A stretch of 54,582 bases of DNA, the filler included, from Sphacelaria rigidula (taxonomy: Eukaryota), in assembly GCA_964200075.2 (NCBI GenBank). It is 3 parts of 3 records of this genome, joined end to end, with 100 filler letters (N's around TTAATTAATTAA, not from the genome) between each part and the next. Parts side by side here need not be neighbours in the genome. Positions count along the whole stretch, not along the records: positions 1 to 18,131 come from CAXNAA020000907.1; 2 more parts are not named here. One strand, given 5' to 3'. Below, in pieces: positions 1-12,099 of this stretch. The notes beneath the pieces are model-generated. The model ran no database searches. It was not told where the DNA came from and was given only the letters and a program-made list of their open reading frames with translations. The first letter of the stretch is position 1. Each line of letters starts with the position of its first letter. The position numbers were made by a program, and so were the translations under genes.

Positions 1-949
1 TTCTTGCGCGCATTCTTTGTATTACCATCATACATCGTCGTACAATACTCCGTCTGATTTCACGTGTTGGCCCAGATATTTTTCTTGTCACAGACAACCG
101 CAGAACGGAATGCACCAACTATCCCCTCGAGGAACTTTGTCCCGCCGAGAGGGGGAAGACGTACCCTGCAGTTTTGCAGTCAACAGTCGCTTCAGCTCAA
201 ATCCTCTGACATCTCACCCTACTGTTGAAACATGAAAAGCATGCTACAGCGCTACAAGTCATGTCACCATATCCGTCTGGAACACACTGATCAACAGCCA
301 CCTGCAGACACACTTACCGCCACCATCATGTTTCATCCCCATGATTGCCATGTAACAAACAGTCTGGCTCCACCCACATAATCAAAATCCATAACTGCGC
401 GGATACTGTACTGAAGTCCCGGGAACTAAAAACACCTTGCAAATCAAGAAATCCCCGCGGTACCACCCCGTTCGGTGTAGTACTCACGTTTGGGACATAT
501 GCCCCCAGTGAATCTTCTCTACCCCTTCTCCGCGCACAAGGTAGACGATGCGCGCCCCCTGCACAGTGTTGAAGCTAAGTGGTGACGTCGTTTTTGCAGA
601 ACACGTCTCCCACAGGCGCAGTGAATAGCTCAGGAACAAAGCCCACTCCCCAGAGCTGGCGTGAGCTGGTCTTTCGACCGTGCTGCGCCGGAACGTCCCA
701 AATCCCGAGCGCGTCGTGAGGTGCGTCTCACCACCTGACTTCTTCTCCCCGCCCGCGGGCAGTGCTCCGTGCACTAATGGGGACATCGCTGGCTTTGCTT
801 CATACAAACTGCCTCTCTAAAGTCCGCGTCGTCCCTGGTCGCTGTTGGGGGTATGACCGCGTCCCTTGGTGCTGCCATCTTGGTCGAATGTTTGAACCAC
901 GAGCCGTTGGCAAATCAAATGGACTCTAGAGTGTTCCTTGATACGTGAT

Positions 950-3900
950 CCGTAAACAGGGACAGCTAGACACGACTAATGAAGTCGATCAGAGGACACG
1001 GCTGAGCGGATCATGTTGTAGAAGAGTAGAATTACATAGCTTGACTAAGCAAGTCAAGGAAGGAAAAGATGGAACAGAACGAAGTGAACTCGTGTGGCTA
1101 CCCAACACGTGGTAAGCGGAGTTCCCAGACATTGCGTACGTGAGTACAAGACATACGCCTACTGTGGTATCAAATCCCACCGCATGTAACTGTCACAACC
1201 CGTGAAGACGGATATCTCTGTACCGTGGCTGATCAGTACACTGAAAAGGCTGTTCACCTCAACATATACCCTCCGCGAAACGCAAGCGAACCGTCCTGTG
1301 TCTAGTAATAAAGATAGTACAGGTAGCGAAGATGAATGATCTTGCCCAGCTGTTGTAGCGTCTGATACAGTTAGGTTGTCTCCTGTTTCTCACAGGAAAG
1401 ACGTGAAGAGGACAAAATTCTTCTCTACGTCAGTAGCAGTTGGCACTAATTTTCCAGTTGTGCAACACTTCTCCAAGTTCGAGGTCCGAGCCATACTCTA
1501 TCCCGAGATCAATCTCTACCTTCAAGTACTGTATGGCTCGCTTCAGTCCTACTAAAGCCTTCGGTTCTGGTTCGGACATGCTCCTCACCATGGCCGCGTG
1601 TGATCGTATCAGGTCTTGTGCATCTTCTCAGGTAGAGCAAGGATCGGTAGCCAAACATAATTGTTTGGTGCCTTGGCGAAAAACCGCCCTTATCGAGGAT
1701 CTCGATCATTCCTTCATCTTCAGCGCCCGTCGCCTGTGACCGTGCGCCGCTGTTGACGTTTTGTTTTAATTCGGTTTCGCGTACGCCGCTTGCTTTACCG
1801 TGACGAATACGACGTCGTCCTCTCGTATGGTTTGGATATCAAGTAAAACATTAGCGTACCGAAGTCCACGGCCTGGTATTCTCGTGAACTTGTAGATGAT
1901 CCCATCAGTCGCCACCTTGTCACTGTCACTCATCGGGACGCCGGCTACGTAAAATAGAAGAATGGCGCCCTCATCGTCCTTGATGTAAACACGAGGGTCA
2001 GCCGCGCCAGGAATAAGCCCGAGTATAGGTGAAAAACAACGAATATTTGAACATATCTGCGCCACCCACGAAGGGAAAAACAGAGGCCGTAGAGACAAGC
2101 TTTCAGTTCCTACACTTTGTCTCATTCCTCTTTAGAGCCCTGAAACTTCTCCAGGGGGCATGACGTGCACGGGTGGATCACCCTCACCCATGCGTGCTGA
2201 AGGGAAGCAGTCTTGATGTTGATAATTCGTAAACGGGACCCATTGCATACCGCGTTGGCGATGAACGCCCCAACACACTCCAGCGGAGTGGTGGTGCCAT
2301 GTCGGCTGCGGTGTCGAACTCATGGAACCCCTGAACCACAATTGTAGTCTTGACCCTGACGAGTTTCCGATCCTTGACAATGTCGCTCGGCACAAAAACC
2401 TTGATACCTGACATTGATCGGGCACGCCAACCCGGTTCGAGACGTCGTGATCATGGAGGGATCTCATATCATCCTTCACGCTCGCACGCCAGCGAACGGC
2501 GTTACGTCCGCCAATCGCCTCTTGATAAGCGCGAGGGTTGCCCGGTTGACAAGATTTGATTGTTGGGTGAGACAATCCGGAAGCTCCGCAGGATCGAAGG
2601 CATTGCCTTGTACATCGCATTCAAGTGACGAATATTTCCCCCTAGGTGGTAGGCTGTTGACGGCATTCTTCCTGATCGAAGACGCCTCCATAGCTGTCGT
2701 CGCTGCTTGCGATATGGGCGGCGCCGTGCCTTTTGGCACGATGTTGTCCACCGTGTCCACTGGTTCGTGGTCCTCGGGAAAATGATTTGATCTATTTCCA
2801 AGTGTCGGGACATCCCGAGCTCCCTTATCACGAATGAGACCTCCGCACTTGGGATGATACTTCAAAGTTTATCCCAGTCCCAGTGTCGATAGCCCATGCT
2901 GTTGATCTCGTACCCCACACCATTTATCTTGACGGGACGTTAGTTTCTGTTCCTTTGGTGTTTCCCGATATGTTTGAAGGCGGTACAACCCCCCACTATA
3001 GTAGTGTAAATGTTTCGGATTACCTGGGGGTTTGTTTAACCATATTCTCATGAGAGCCTTGCCGTCCAAGATGTCCGTTGGCGTGCGATTACGTAGTTTA
3101 CCGCCGTCTTGACGGCCTCAGCCCGAAGTGGGGCAGGAATATGAGTAGCGCCCAGCATTCTGGTCCGAACGATACCGACGACGATGCCACATCCTGGCTC
3201 AGCGATTGTTTTCCGCTGAGGTTTGTCAGCGCAACCGCCACAACTTTGTTCCCCCCGAGATCTATCGTCAATTGTTTGAAGCGGCCTTTGAAATTTCCAC
3301 CTCCATCACACCTAGTTGTTCTACAGGATAGCCCGTCCGAGTCAGCAACTTCCTGGATGACCTGCGAGAGTGCTAGCTCTGCGCTATGCTTGAACTTGAT
3401 CGGGAACACATATCCCATGCGCGAGCTGTCATCAGTGAAGAGGTGGAGAAATATACCCCAGACGACTTCACCAGATGTTTTCTCCATGAAATGACGGGAA
3501 CCACGTTTAGGCGCTTCTCGTCACGTGGTCTATCAGAATACGGTTGGGATAGTTTGTTTCTCTTCCACTCTGAACAAATATCTCACTCACCCGGCTTGGT
3601 GTTCTGTGCAAACGTAACTCCAGTGGACTTACTGTCAGTGAGTTATTTCAGCGCTCGGGAGTTACATTGTCCCATTCGGTGATGCCAAATATCAGCCACG
3701 GCGACGGTAAGGTAAAGCCGCTGCGCGGCTGATCATCTATTATCAGCGGAAGAATGAATATTCGTGGCGTTAGAGTCAATTTTGGGGAAGTCAAGATGCC
3801 ACTACAACGATTCACCGGCGGCTTTGAGATGGGATCTACTATTACCCCGTTCTTGTGCAATGTTCCCGCGGGAACCCGCCACACGCCACGACCAGTGCCT

Positions 3901-4960
3901 TAAGACTGACGAGAGCTACCTGGTATTATCTCTTTGCGTTCGGTACGTCAGTGTCCGCATGATTCATCTATGCGGACCCGACAGCCGATTCTCCATACCA
4001 CATGGCTTCCCAAACTGGATTTTATCGAGACCATATCTGCAGTCGCAGCACAGTCAATGAAGATATTGCCTGCCCTCGCAGAGTTCGACTCTCCCTTCGT
4101 CATGTCAGGGAACGCCGAGCGAAAAACTATAGTGCTGGGGAAGTCTAGTGTGTGCACAATGGGGCTCACGGGCTCATTAATCGTGGTGACTACTCCATCG
4201 TTCCCAGCCATACTTTGCCCACTCACAAGTAATCAGTTGTAGACTTCACCGCCCTATAGTCAATCGGGGACTACGATGACGTGGCGCTGTCAAATCTGCC
4301 AGACGATGACGACGCATCGATCGAGAGATTGTCCGGACAGGTACTGTTGCAAGTACGGGAAGAGGTCACAGTATATTCGACTGCCCGAAGTCTGGAGAAT
4401 ATATGGTCATGGCGGTGGGTTTGGTGAGCGACGTCATCGACGACGCCTCCATATGCTCGGATGATATGGCGGAAGCTTTCACCAGCATAGATATGACGAA
4501 GACCGCCGAAGATACCACAGGCGAGAGTGAGTTTGCTTCTGAGACGGAGGGATGTAGAGCAGCAAGATGGGGACAAACCGAGGGTGTTTGACACGGCGGC
4601 ACCCCCAGAATTTTCAGCGAGATTCCAGTACGATGATTGAGGATCGAGAATGCATTGATAAGGTACTACGGTGTGCGGGCGATGGCACTTGCCCGATCAT
4701 CGGCAGAGGAAATTCGAATCTTGCTTTCAGATCTGACGGACGTAGTTGTGTCGTGCTACACGTGAAAAAATGTAGACCATGCATCAGGCGCTTGTCACCA
4801 TATTTTGTCACTGACCGGGCTGCAGGCCGCATCTACACACGTGATCACGTGACGGCTTTCGGGTTGAGGTGAAGTCAAGCAACATCCTGAGTATACCTGG
4901 TCAGCAAAACCTCCTGAAAATGTACGCCCGCCGACTAGATCCCTTAGTTTAGGAAAAGCA
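950..4960 (-). mobile_element. Degenerate Ty1/copia LTR retrotransposon A (gag-PR-INT-RT-RH fragments)
   Basis: Minus-strand fragments in copia order: protease NIFIDCAATADMV (~4030-4070), CEIC zinc motif, integrase LFTDDSSRMGYVFPIK...RCDGGGNF (3098-3487), RT PRAYQEA...W...DMRSL and ADPRVY (1766-2620), LLYLRRCTRPD (1509-1709). Many stops and frameshifts. Boundaries approximate. Confidence 0.85.
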
Positions 4961-5778
4961 TGCGTCAGCATTTGCTGTGATTGCCCTGGGGGCAACATCA
5001 AATCTCCGGATCGTTGATATCAACGATTTCCACTGTTCCCATGCTCACGCACACGAGGACCTCCTTTGCAAGACCGCAAAGCAGCTCGGAGTGGATCTGC
5101 GCGGTGAGATGAGACTTGCCGTGGATGCTCGAAGCGCAAAAGACTCCGACGCCCGATCCGAAGATTGACACACACCAGAGTACAGGCAATCCCGATGCCA
5201 GGCGAAGCGAGGGATGACCACGTCGAAGGAGAGCCGGTCGAAAGCGAGTCTGCGGAGAAACCCCAGCCGTGGGCGCTTCATCCCGCGCTTCCCGTCATGT
5301 GTCATTCTCGCTACCCAACTCCGAAGGGGGGGGAGGCGACATCACATCGCAGACCCTGGGGGGAGGGGGATGGAATGACTTCGCTGTCTCCTTGCGAGGA
5401 CGGGGAAGGCGGGGCAATTTTTCAGAACCCCGTTCAAGATCTCATTGATAGTCGGGACTTGGCGCCGACCATACCGCCGCCATTGGTGGCGCCGACAACA
5501 CTTGCTTCTGCGACGACATCAGCTGTGCAGGGAACACCAACACCAGCAGCGCCGCACGCAACACCGTACAACAATGCCGAGAGAGCAGTCACCCGCGCCA
5601 CCGACACCGCACTCACCTGCGCCCTCCACGCAAACCATACCATAGTCCTTGCCGCCGACAACCATTGACACCTCCGGGCACAATGGCGGGGGGGGGGCAT
5701 CGAACTCCTGAATTTCAAAGGACGGAGCTTTGCCGTCTTGATCTTAATGATGAGTTGTCTCTACCTTCTCAAATGGCA

Positions 5779-5888
5779 CACCGGTAGTCACTTGGGTGCT
5801 TGCAACCTCATATTTGGACGTTACAGACCTTGTGCAACGTCTATAATGTCCAAATTTGAGATAACAGGTACCCCAGTGGCCACCCGTG
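5779..5888. mobile_element. 110-bp MITE, CMC/EnSpm(CACTA)-like, 2-bp TSD (CA)
   Basis: Imperfect inverted arms of about 50 bp (CACCGGTAGTCACTTGGG... / ...CCCAGTGGCCACCCGTG), flanked by CA at 5777-5778 and 5889-5890. Terminus matches that of the 6382-7750 element. Confidence 0.75.
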
Positions 5889-6673
5889 CAGGTCGCACGC
5901 GCGGTGCGACAAGAGCGGCTGTTTGACCGTGAAGGGCTGCAAACCGCGATTCACTGTGCAGAAGCGGGGATGGTAGACGAGGCCGAGAAAAAACTGCGGG
6001 CGCAAGCAGAGAGCCACCTCCTGGCAAGAGCACAAGCGGTTTGAGGTCACGGATTTATCAGATATCTCCGCCTAAGTTTCTGCAGACTTGGGACCGGTGA
6101 AGGAGGCGGATTCGGGTAGATTGCCCGTATCTTAGTGCAGAAGGAGGGTAAATGTGGTTGGCAGGTGTAACCCAGCTCAACAGAGCCAATGAAAGCCAGG
6201 CTCTGGCCTATCAGTCACATTATCCATGCGAGAGGCACTGGAAAGGAGTCGTAGAATACTCGGCCTACCTGAACAGGGCTATGAGCTACGGTTTGACGCT
6301 CAAAAGAGAGAGTGATTTCGGTGTACTGCGTTGCTGACTACGCAAAGAAAGATAAGGGCGGGCGATCGGGTTTGAGGGGTACACGGGTGGCCACTGGTGC
6401 ACATTATATGAAAAAATTACGACCTACCTTCTGTAACGTAGGCTATCCGCATTTTTGAACCTGGCAGGTTCTGTAAGGTACCCGCGTAACGTCTGAGGTT
6501 ACGTAACGTTCGCAACCACAAGGTGGAAAGTTATGGAAGGTGCCTGTTCGCTTCCTGAACGAAAGATGTGCTGTGTGGTCCGTCCCGGTATGACACTTCC
6601 TTACTCTACGGGACGCCCTGCCACTCGCGAACCTCACTGTCCACATTTTAAATCCCACCAACAATCATCATCT

Positions 6674-6740
6674 GGACTGTCGAACCCCCGACCGCTTGTT
6701 CCACAGGCGGGCATTTGACCGTTGAGCCACCAGTGAGCGC
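6674..6740 (-). pseudogene. tRNA-like / tRNA-derived SINE head (A and B boxes)
   Basis: Reverse complement contains A-box TGGCTCAACGG and B-box GGTTCGAC at tRNA-like spacing. Stems are imperfect, so it is not a functional tRNA. Confidence 0.5.
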
Positions 6741-6876
6741 TCACTACTTTAATGGATAAATTTTTCGCTTCCTGAACAAAAGATGTATATTCGGCGAGTA
6801 GTGTGTTCCAAATGGGTGGTGCATAATTTTTTCATTGGCCACCATCCGGCGAGTAATGGACTCCGGACCCTTCCAG

Positions 6877-6908
6877 GCGGGTTCGATTCCCGCCGCCACC
6901 ATTTTTTT
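6877..6908 (+). other. tRNA 3'-half-like motif (T-arm + CCA + oligo-T)
   Basis: GCGGG-TTCGATT-CCCGC stem-loop followed by CGCCACCA and a T run. No matching 5' half seen. Confidence 0.45.
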
Positions 6909-7388
6909 ATTTGTTTTTCGAACATGTTTTTCTTTTTTTATCCCGACTGCTGCCGAGATAGCCCCCTCCCGAACCGGCCCAAAAAGTGCACGGAGGCGGT
7001 GATCATAAATGCCGTTACATCTGGTTTAGTACTGCACGACGCGACTCATTTGGGCGGTATAGCCGATTTCGGACTACTACACGCCGCTCATGTGGGCGAA
7101 ATTGCTGCAAACGACCCCAAAAGTGGGATCGTAACCGGTTTGTCGGACGGTCTCCAGTGCACTTTTTGTGGGGGGACTATCTCGGCATCAGTCTCCCGCA
7201 GTGCTGATGCGGCGTGCACACACAAGAAAATGCCATCCGTCGACGGTATGGTCTACCGAGGAACACCCTAGAAATTTTCGACTGCTGCTTTAAATACGTG
7301 AGTCCAGTTGACGGTGAAACACAGCGGGGGGCGCTCTGTAAAGAAGGCTGCGTGTTCGGCTCGCGGTACGTTCCCTCCGAGGTTCTCT

Positions 7389-7733
7389 GACCCTACACGA
7401 GGTGCTGAAAATAATCCAGGTTATGCTGCTGTATAGCCTCCTGTAACGTGGGTCACGCGACCTTACATAAAGTGCTGAAAATAATCCAGGTTATGCTTGC
7501 TATATAACCTCCTGTAACGTGGGTCACGCGACCTTACATAAGGTGCTGAAAATAATCCAGGTTATGCTTGCTATATAACCTCCTGTAACGTGGGTTACGC
7601 GACCCTACATAAGGTGCTGAGAATAATCCAGGTTATGCTGCTGTATAACCTCCTGTAACGTGGGTTACGCGACCTTACATAAAGTGCTGAGAATAATCCA
7701 GGTTATATAGCCGTATAACCTCCCGTAACGTGT
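7389..7733 (+). repeat. Tandem array of about 5 x 70-71 bp in the subterminal region of the TIR element
   Basis: Units start at 7389, 7459, 7530, 7601, 7671 (GACCTTACATAAGGTGCTGAAAATAATCCAGGTTATGC...CTCCTGTAACGTGGG). Confidence 0.95.
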
Positions 7734-8310
7734 ACCAGTGGCCACCCGTGTAGCGGTAATGTGGGGAGGAGTTGCGGTATGTAGTACCAGTCCTACGCAA
7801 CACCTCGTTACCTTATCCACTGTCGAGCCCGAGTATGTGGCAATGGCACAAGGAGCCAAGGAACGTATGTCTGTCAGCCCGATCCTGTCTTCTTACGACC
7901 AAGGGTCGTGCCGGGACGTGCGGCAGAGTATGATGTTGTTCGTCGTGAGGACAACGAGGGGGCTAAGGCTCTGGCGGAAAACCCTCTCAGTTCAGGTCGC
8001 AGCAAGCACATATATGCCAGGCAGGTGGCATTTTATTCAACTTGGTGAAGGCAAAAGACATCAAGATGGTGCATGTAGATTAAGAGGGCAGTATGCTGAT
8101 ATTCTGATGAAACCACTCTCGGTCTCGTTGTTGAAGAGGCATCGACGCGCTTTGAAGAATATGGGGTACAACGAGTAGGCACACTACTTTTCCTTTGATG
8201 ATGTGTGTATGTCAAACTGTTTGCTCTACACGTTCCACATCATGGTTTCCGTAATGCAGTTGTGCGTATGTCAGATGAAGTTGCTCACGCAATGTTGCAG
8301 GGCAAGGGTT

Positions 8311-8436
8311 TGTTGGACGTTTCCCGGCGTAACATGCATGCGCCCTGGCCTAGGCGTTTACAAAAATGAGCTGTTGGACTTTGAGCACAAACATTGGTGT
8401 GTGTGTGTGTGTAGGGGTTTTGCTCGGAAGATCTCC

Positions 8437-8472
<36 letters not shown>

Positions 8473-8574
8473 ATATAGCTGTTTTAAGAGAGAGCTTCAA
8501 GCACTGACGTATCAGATCAAGGAGATTGTTCGTATGTTCAGACACGCCCAGTAGGCTCGGATTTATGTAGAACA
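8311..8574 (+). repeat. Probable 3' LTR of copia B
   Basis: TGTT...AACA ends, preceded by purine tract AGGGCAAGGG, downstream of RNase H. Contains (TG)n/(TA)n. No 5' partner seen. Confidence 0.55.
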
Positions 8575-9460
8575 GGAGATCAGGGTCACGTACGAGTCCT
8601 GAAAGTCAAGTATGTACAAATGTGGTACAATACAGTAGTAGCCGAGCGGTCGGCACCGACCCGCTTCAGTCACTCTGTAGCGTTTCCTCGTCTACTATAC
8701 TCTCATGAGTTATAGCATTACTTGGGTGCTCTCTAACAAACGATACAAACTATTTACACAGTACCTAAACAACGGATAAATCGCTGGAACTGCGGTGTTC
8801 ATGTTGAAGCGTTCAACGCTCGGGCGAAAGCATTATATGAGTCTTCGCCGATCTGAGGATTCAAGATTAAATGTTGTGCACAGCGATCATCGCGGCATCT
8901 TCATCCAAGTGTGGAAGACACCTCTTTGCAGTGACATATCAGAGACTGATGCCGCACATGTATGAAGAACCAGCGCATGCAGGTACAAGGTAGGAACGAC
9001 CTGAATGGGGCAGATTACCGAGGACCCTGTAATGCCAACGATACTAGACAACTTGGGGTGATGCCAGGAAGAGCCTGATATTAGGACGGACCAAAATCCC
9101 TCGAGGAACTGGTCGCCCCCAGGCGACCACTTCTCATCTGACCCAACTTCTTGCCCACGTATCACAAGAGGAAATCATCGCCAGCCTCAAAGTTCCTTCG
9201 GCATCAGGGCGACATCTCCCAAGACAGCCTCCTTCTTAGTCTGTCTACCCTAGCGATAGGCCTTCCTCACATCGGCGACACCAGAAACAGAATTCAGGCA
9301 AGACATGCCGTAGAAGTAAAAAAATTAGAACGAGAGCCGACTGCTCCACGACACTGGGAACACTGGGATCCTCCAAGGAATGCTACTACTGCAGGTGACA
9401 TGTATGAGTCATGTGCATAATTATTCGAGTTGAAAGGTTATTGGAGTCATGTGCTTGGGT

Positions 9461-9650
9461 CAACGCGAAATTAGCCCCCTCAGTGTGCATTACATATCAC
9501 GCGCATGGCTAATCAAACAGCAAAGCTCGAAATAAGACTCTTCAGTGTGCATTATGCGTCACCTGTACGACTAGTCAAACAGCGAAACGCGAAATTAGTC
9601 TCACCAGCGTGCACTATATGTCACCAGAATGGCTAATCAAACAGCGAAGC
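9461..9650 (+). repeat. 3 diverged tandem units of about 62 bp
   Basis: CGAAAT(T/A)AG...CAG(T/C)GTGCA...CTA(A/G)TCAAACAGC repeated three times. A single copy occurs in the sister element near 21120-21180. Confidence 0.8.
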
Positions 9651-11102
9651 CACACCTATCAACCAACCCTTCACCAGCATGATACAAAAGAGACCGCAAC
9701 TTATCAAGCAGGCCGACCTCTATAAACGCGGTGCCTCGAAATAGCCCTGACAATACATTTTACTCACCCTGCGAATGTCCGACCTTGTCATTCCCTACCA
9801 TTTAGCAAGCGAAAAAAGGAGGTGTATGGGACAGTCTTACCGCATCCCAGCCCACAAGTTGAGAGAATTTGGAAGCTACAAACAGTTCAATATTCCACAC
9901 CTCAGTACGCATGCAAATGAGAAACGTGTCCAGCGTCTGGTGAAAAATATCGGAGAGAGGCGGATTTCCTAGTCAGTACAGTACCTTCTCCGGTGGGGCA
10001 CCAGAACAGCCCTCAGTTGTGCTTTGAAAGTACATACTAGGAGCAGAAGCTGAAAAAGAGCACGATGAGAGTTGGTTCCTAAGCAGCCTTCAGAGAAGCC
10101 GTGGAAAAAGCAATACACCGCACGAAGGTCCATCATCGTCGAGAATGAAGCTTAACTGGTTGAGGCTCTCATCATGCTACATTCTGCGCCGTACTCCAAT
10201 GAATCGGTAACGTTGCATTCCGCGCTGAAACATGTTCAACCGGTAGCCAGAATAAAAAACAATGTCATCAGCAGGGGGCTGTTGATTCCAAATTGGAACA
10301 CCAGTCTTCCTTTGGAAACCCGATCTTGGACGATCACTGTTATGACTCATACAACGCATCATCACCACTGCAGGTATACAGATACGCTTTCAGGGTTATA
10401 CTGTACATCGGTACGCGTCAGATTCGCAGCTAGAGTGAATGGAGCCCCGCGGAAAATAATCACAATCGATTCCGAAGCAGATGTACCATGTATCGACAAA
10501 ACGTTCATAGATGACCTCCCGGCCATAATAGCAGCTGATATAAAGCCAGTACCGCTAGGACCCATGGATTTCACAAGCGCGGACGGTTCCCCCATAAAAA
10601 CCCTGCCAGTGGAGGCGTTTGTATTACCTGGCCGGATTGTCTATCATTAGGCAATTCCATTATTAGTGCTTTCAAAGCTACACTTGACTGGCAGGTGGAG
10701 GAACTGACATTCCGTGATGCCAGTAAAAAAATCAAAGCATCACATCGAAAACAACAGGGTTCGCAAAATACAACGCACTCTGAAACAATACATTGCTCTA
10801 TAGTTAGTGTGAATTGCTCTTACTCTGTTCCAGTCTTAATTACAATACATATAGATGCAGTGTGCCACCGCAAAGTGAATTGACAGTACCAGTTGAAACG
10901 GGAAATACCTCGTTAACAACAACAGCAGCTGTCGTGGAGCCACGCATAATGACCGAGGAAGACACTCGATCGCCTGGTGTACCTCAAGCATTCGCGCGCA
11001 TCATGGTTGCAAGGACAGTATGCACGTGGTCGGCAACGAATAAGACGGCAATGGTACAAATAACCAACCCGTCGAGCCGACATGTAAACCCGAAACGCAA
11101 TA

Positions 11103-12099
11103 CAATGGGGGGGGCGCCATAGTGCGGATATGTGCCACGAGGTAAAACCCGCACTATAGCGGGCACGCGCACTATATAAAATTGGACCTGAATAGTGCGC
11201 TTTCCCGCACTGTTGACGATATCACTTGTTCAAGGCATAGGAAACAACCAACAGCAAGGTGTATGTACGCAAACAAGGTGTTGAATCCTGCGTCTGTTCG
11301 TGGTGAGAAGAGGACAGCATGTCGCAACGGCGAATCCGCATCCTGAACGTGAGTACAATGATACGAGTAGTTGAGTACTTTACAGTACTTCGTTCATGAC
11401 ATGTTCGGACGCTGGGGGTACCAACTGGCTGAGTGTGCAAAGTCCCATGGTTGTTTCAGTCTGCTTTCGCGTCCACTTGTTGAGTACGAAAATAATCACA
11501 GGGATTCACCATAAGATAATTCAAGCTACACACGAAACCTAAACCTGCCCAACGAAACGCCGTCTTCAACACGACCTAGACACCTTCGGGAAAAAAACGG
11601 CAAGCAAGAAGGATCCATCCCGAAAGTCTCTACTTGTCGCACACTCTACCTCTGTTGCTCCAAGAAAACGTCATCGAGGTCGGCCTGACTGCACGAAGAA
11701 AAATGGGCAAACTCTTAAATAATCGACTCATTTACCACACACGGGAGTCAGGCACCCGCTAGACCCGGCCAAAAAGACCCCGACAGCAGTAACTTTTGTG
11801 CGTGCGGCAAAACGCAAATCGCTCCACGTGACAAAATACTGTAGCTGTATTCTGTACTTCACGTGGTTGTGTGTGATTTGTGCGTGTGTGCGTGTTGGTT
11901 TGACCGCATATAGGGCGGGGGTGACGTCAGACCCGCACTATATAGGGTCGTGGGGGTGGATCAAACCCGTAGTATAAAGGGTTGCCCCAATAGTGCGGCA
12001 CGCGCACTATAGAGGGGTCTAAGTTGTGCCAAGCGATTCCACCCGAGTTATACCAGGCACGCGCACTACATAACCCGCACTATATCGGCTCCCCCACTG
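11103..12099. mobile_element. Non-autonomous Tc1/mariner-type element (TA TSD)
   Basis: Termini CA(A/G)TGGGGG...TAGTGCGG, TA at 11101-11102 and 12100-12101. Excision restores gypsy frame KRNTILGYI. Subterminal CGCACTATA repeats. Confidence 0.85.

Larger units (their letters stand above)
6382..7750. mobile_element. Non-autonomous TIR DNA transposon (CACGG termini, 2-bp TA TSD; CMC/EnSpm-like)
   Basis: TIR CACGGGTGGCCACTGGT(G/A)CAC(A/G)TTA at both ends, TA at 6380-6381 and 7751-7752. Removing it rejoins the copia RNase H motif. Repeated GTAACGT subterminal motifs. Confidence 0.85.
4990..8574 (+). mobile_element. Internally deleted Ty1/copia element B, interrupted by two TIR elements
   Basis: Pre-integrase DINDFHCSHAHAHEDLL (5014-5070), RT end (6152-6337), RNase H DYA...RS / AVMWGGVAV...TQHLVTLSTVEPEYVAM...ADILMKPL split by the 6382-7750 insertion, then a purine tract and an LTR-like TG..CA segment. 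Confidence 0.85.

Noticed and set aside
1-900. LTR/PBS of an element
   Set aside because: No partner LTR or convincing PBS could be identified; left unannotated.
6674-6908. Functional tRNA genes
   Set aside because: Acceptor and anticodon stems do not pair properly; only promoter boxes or a T-arm remain.
7389-7733. CRISPR-like array
   Set aside because: Units are contiguous with no unique spacers, the context is eukaryotic, and no cas genes are present.
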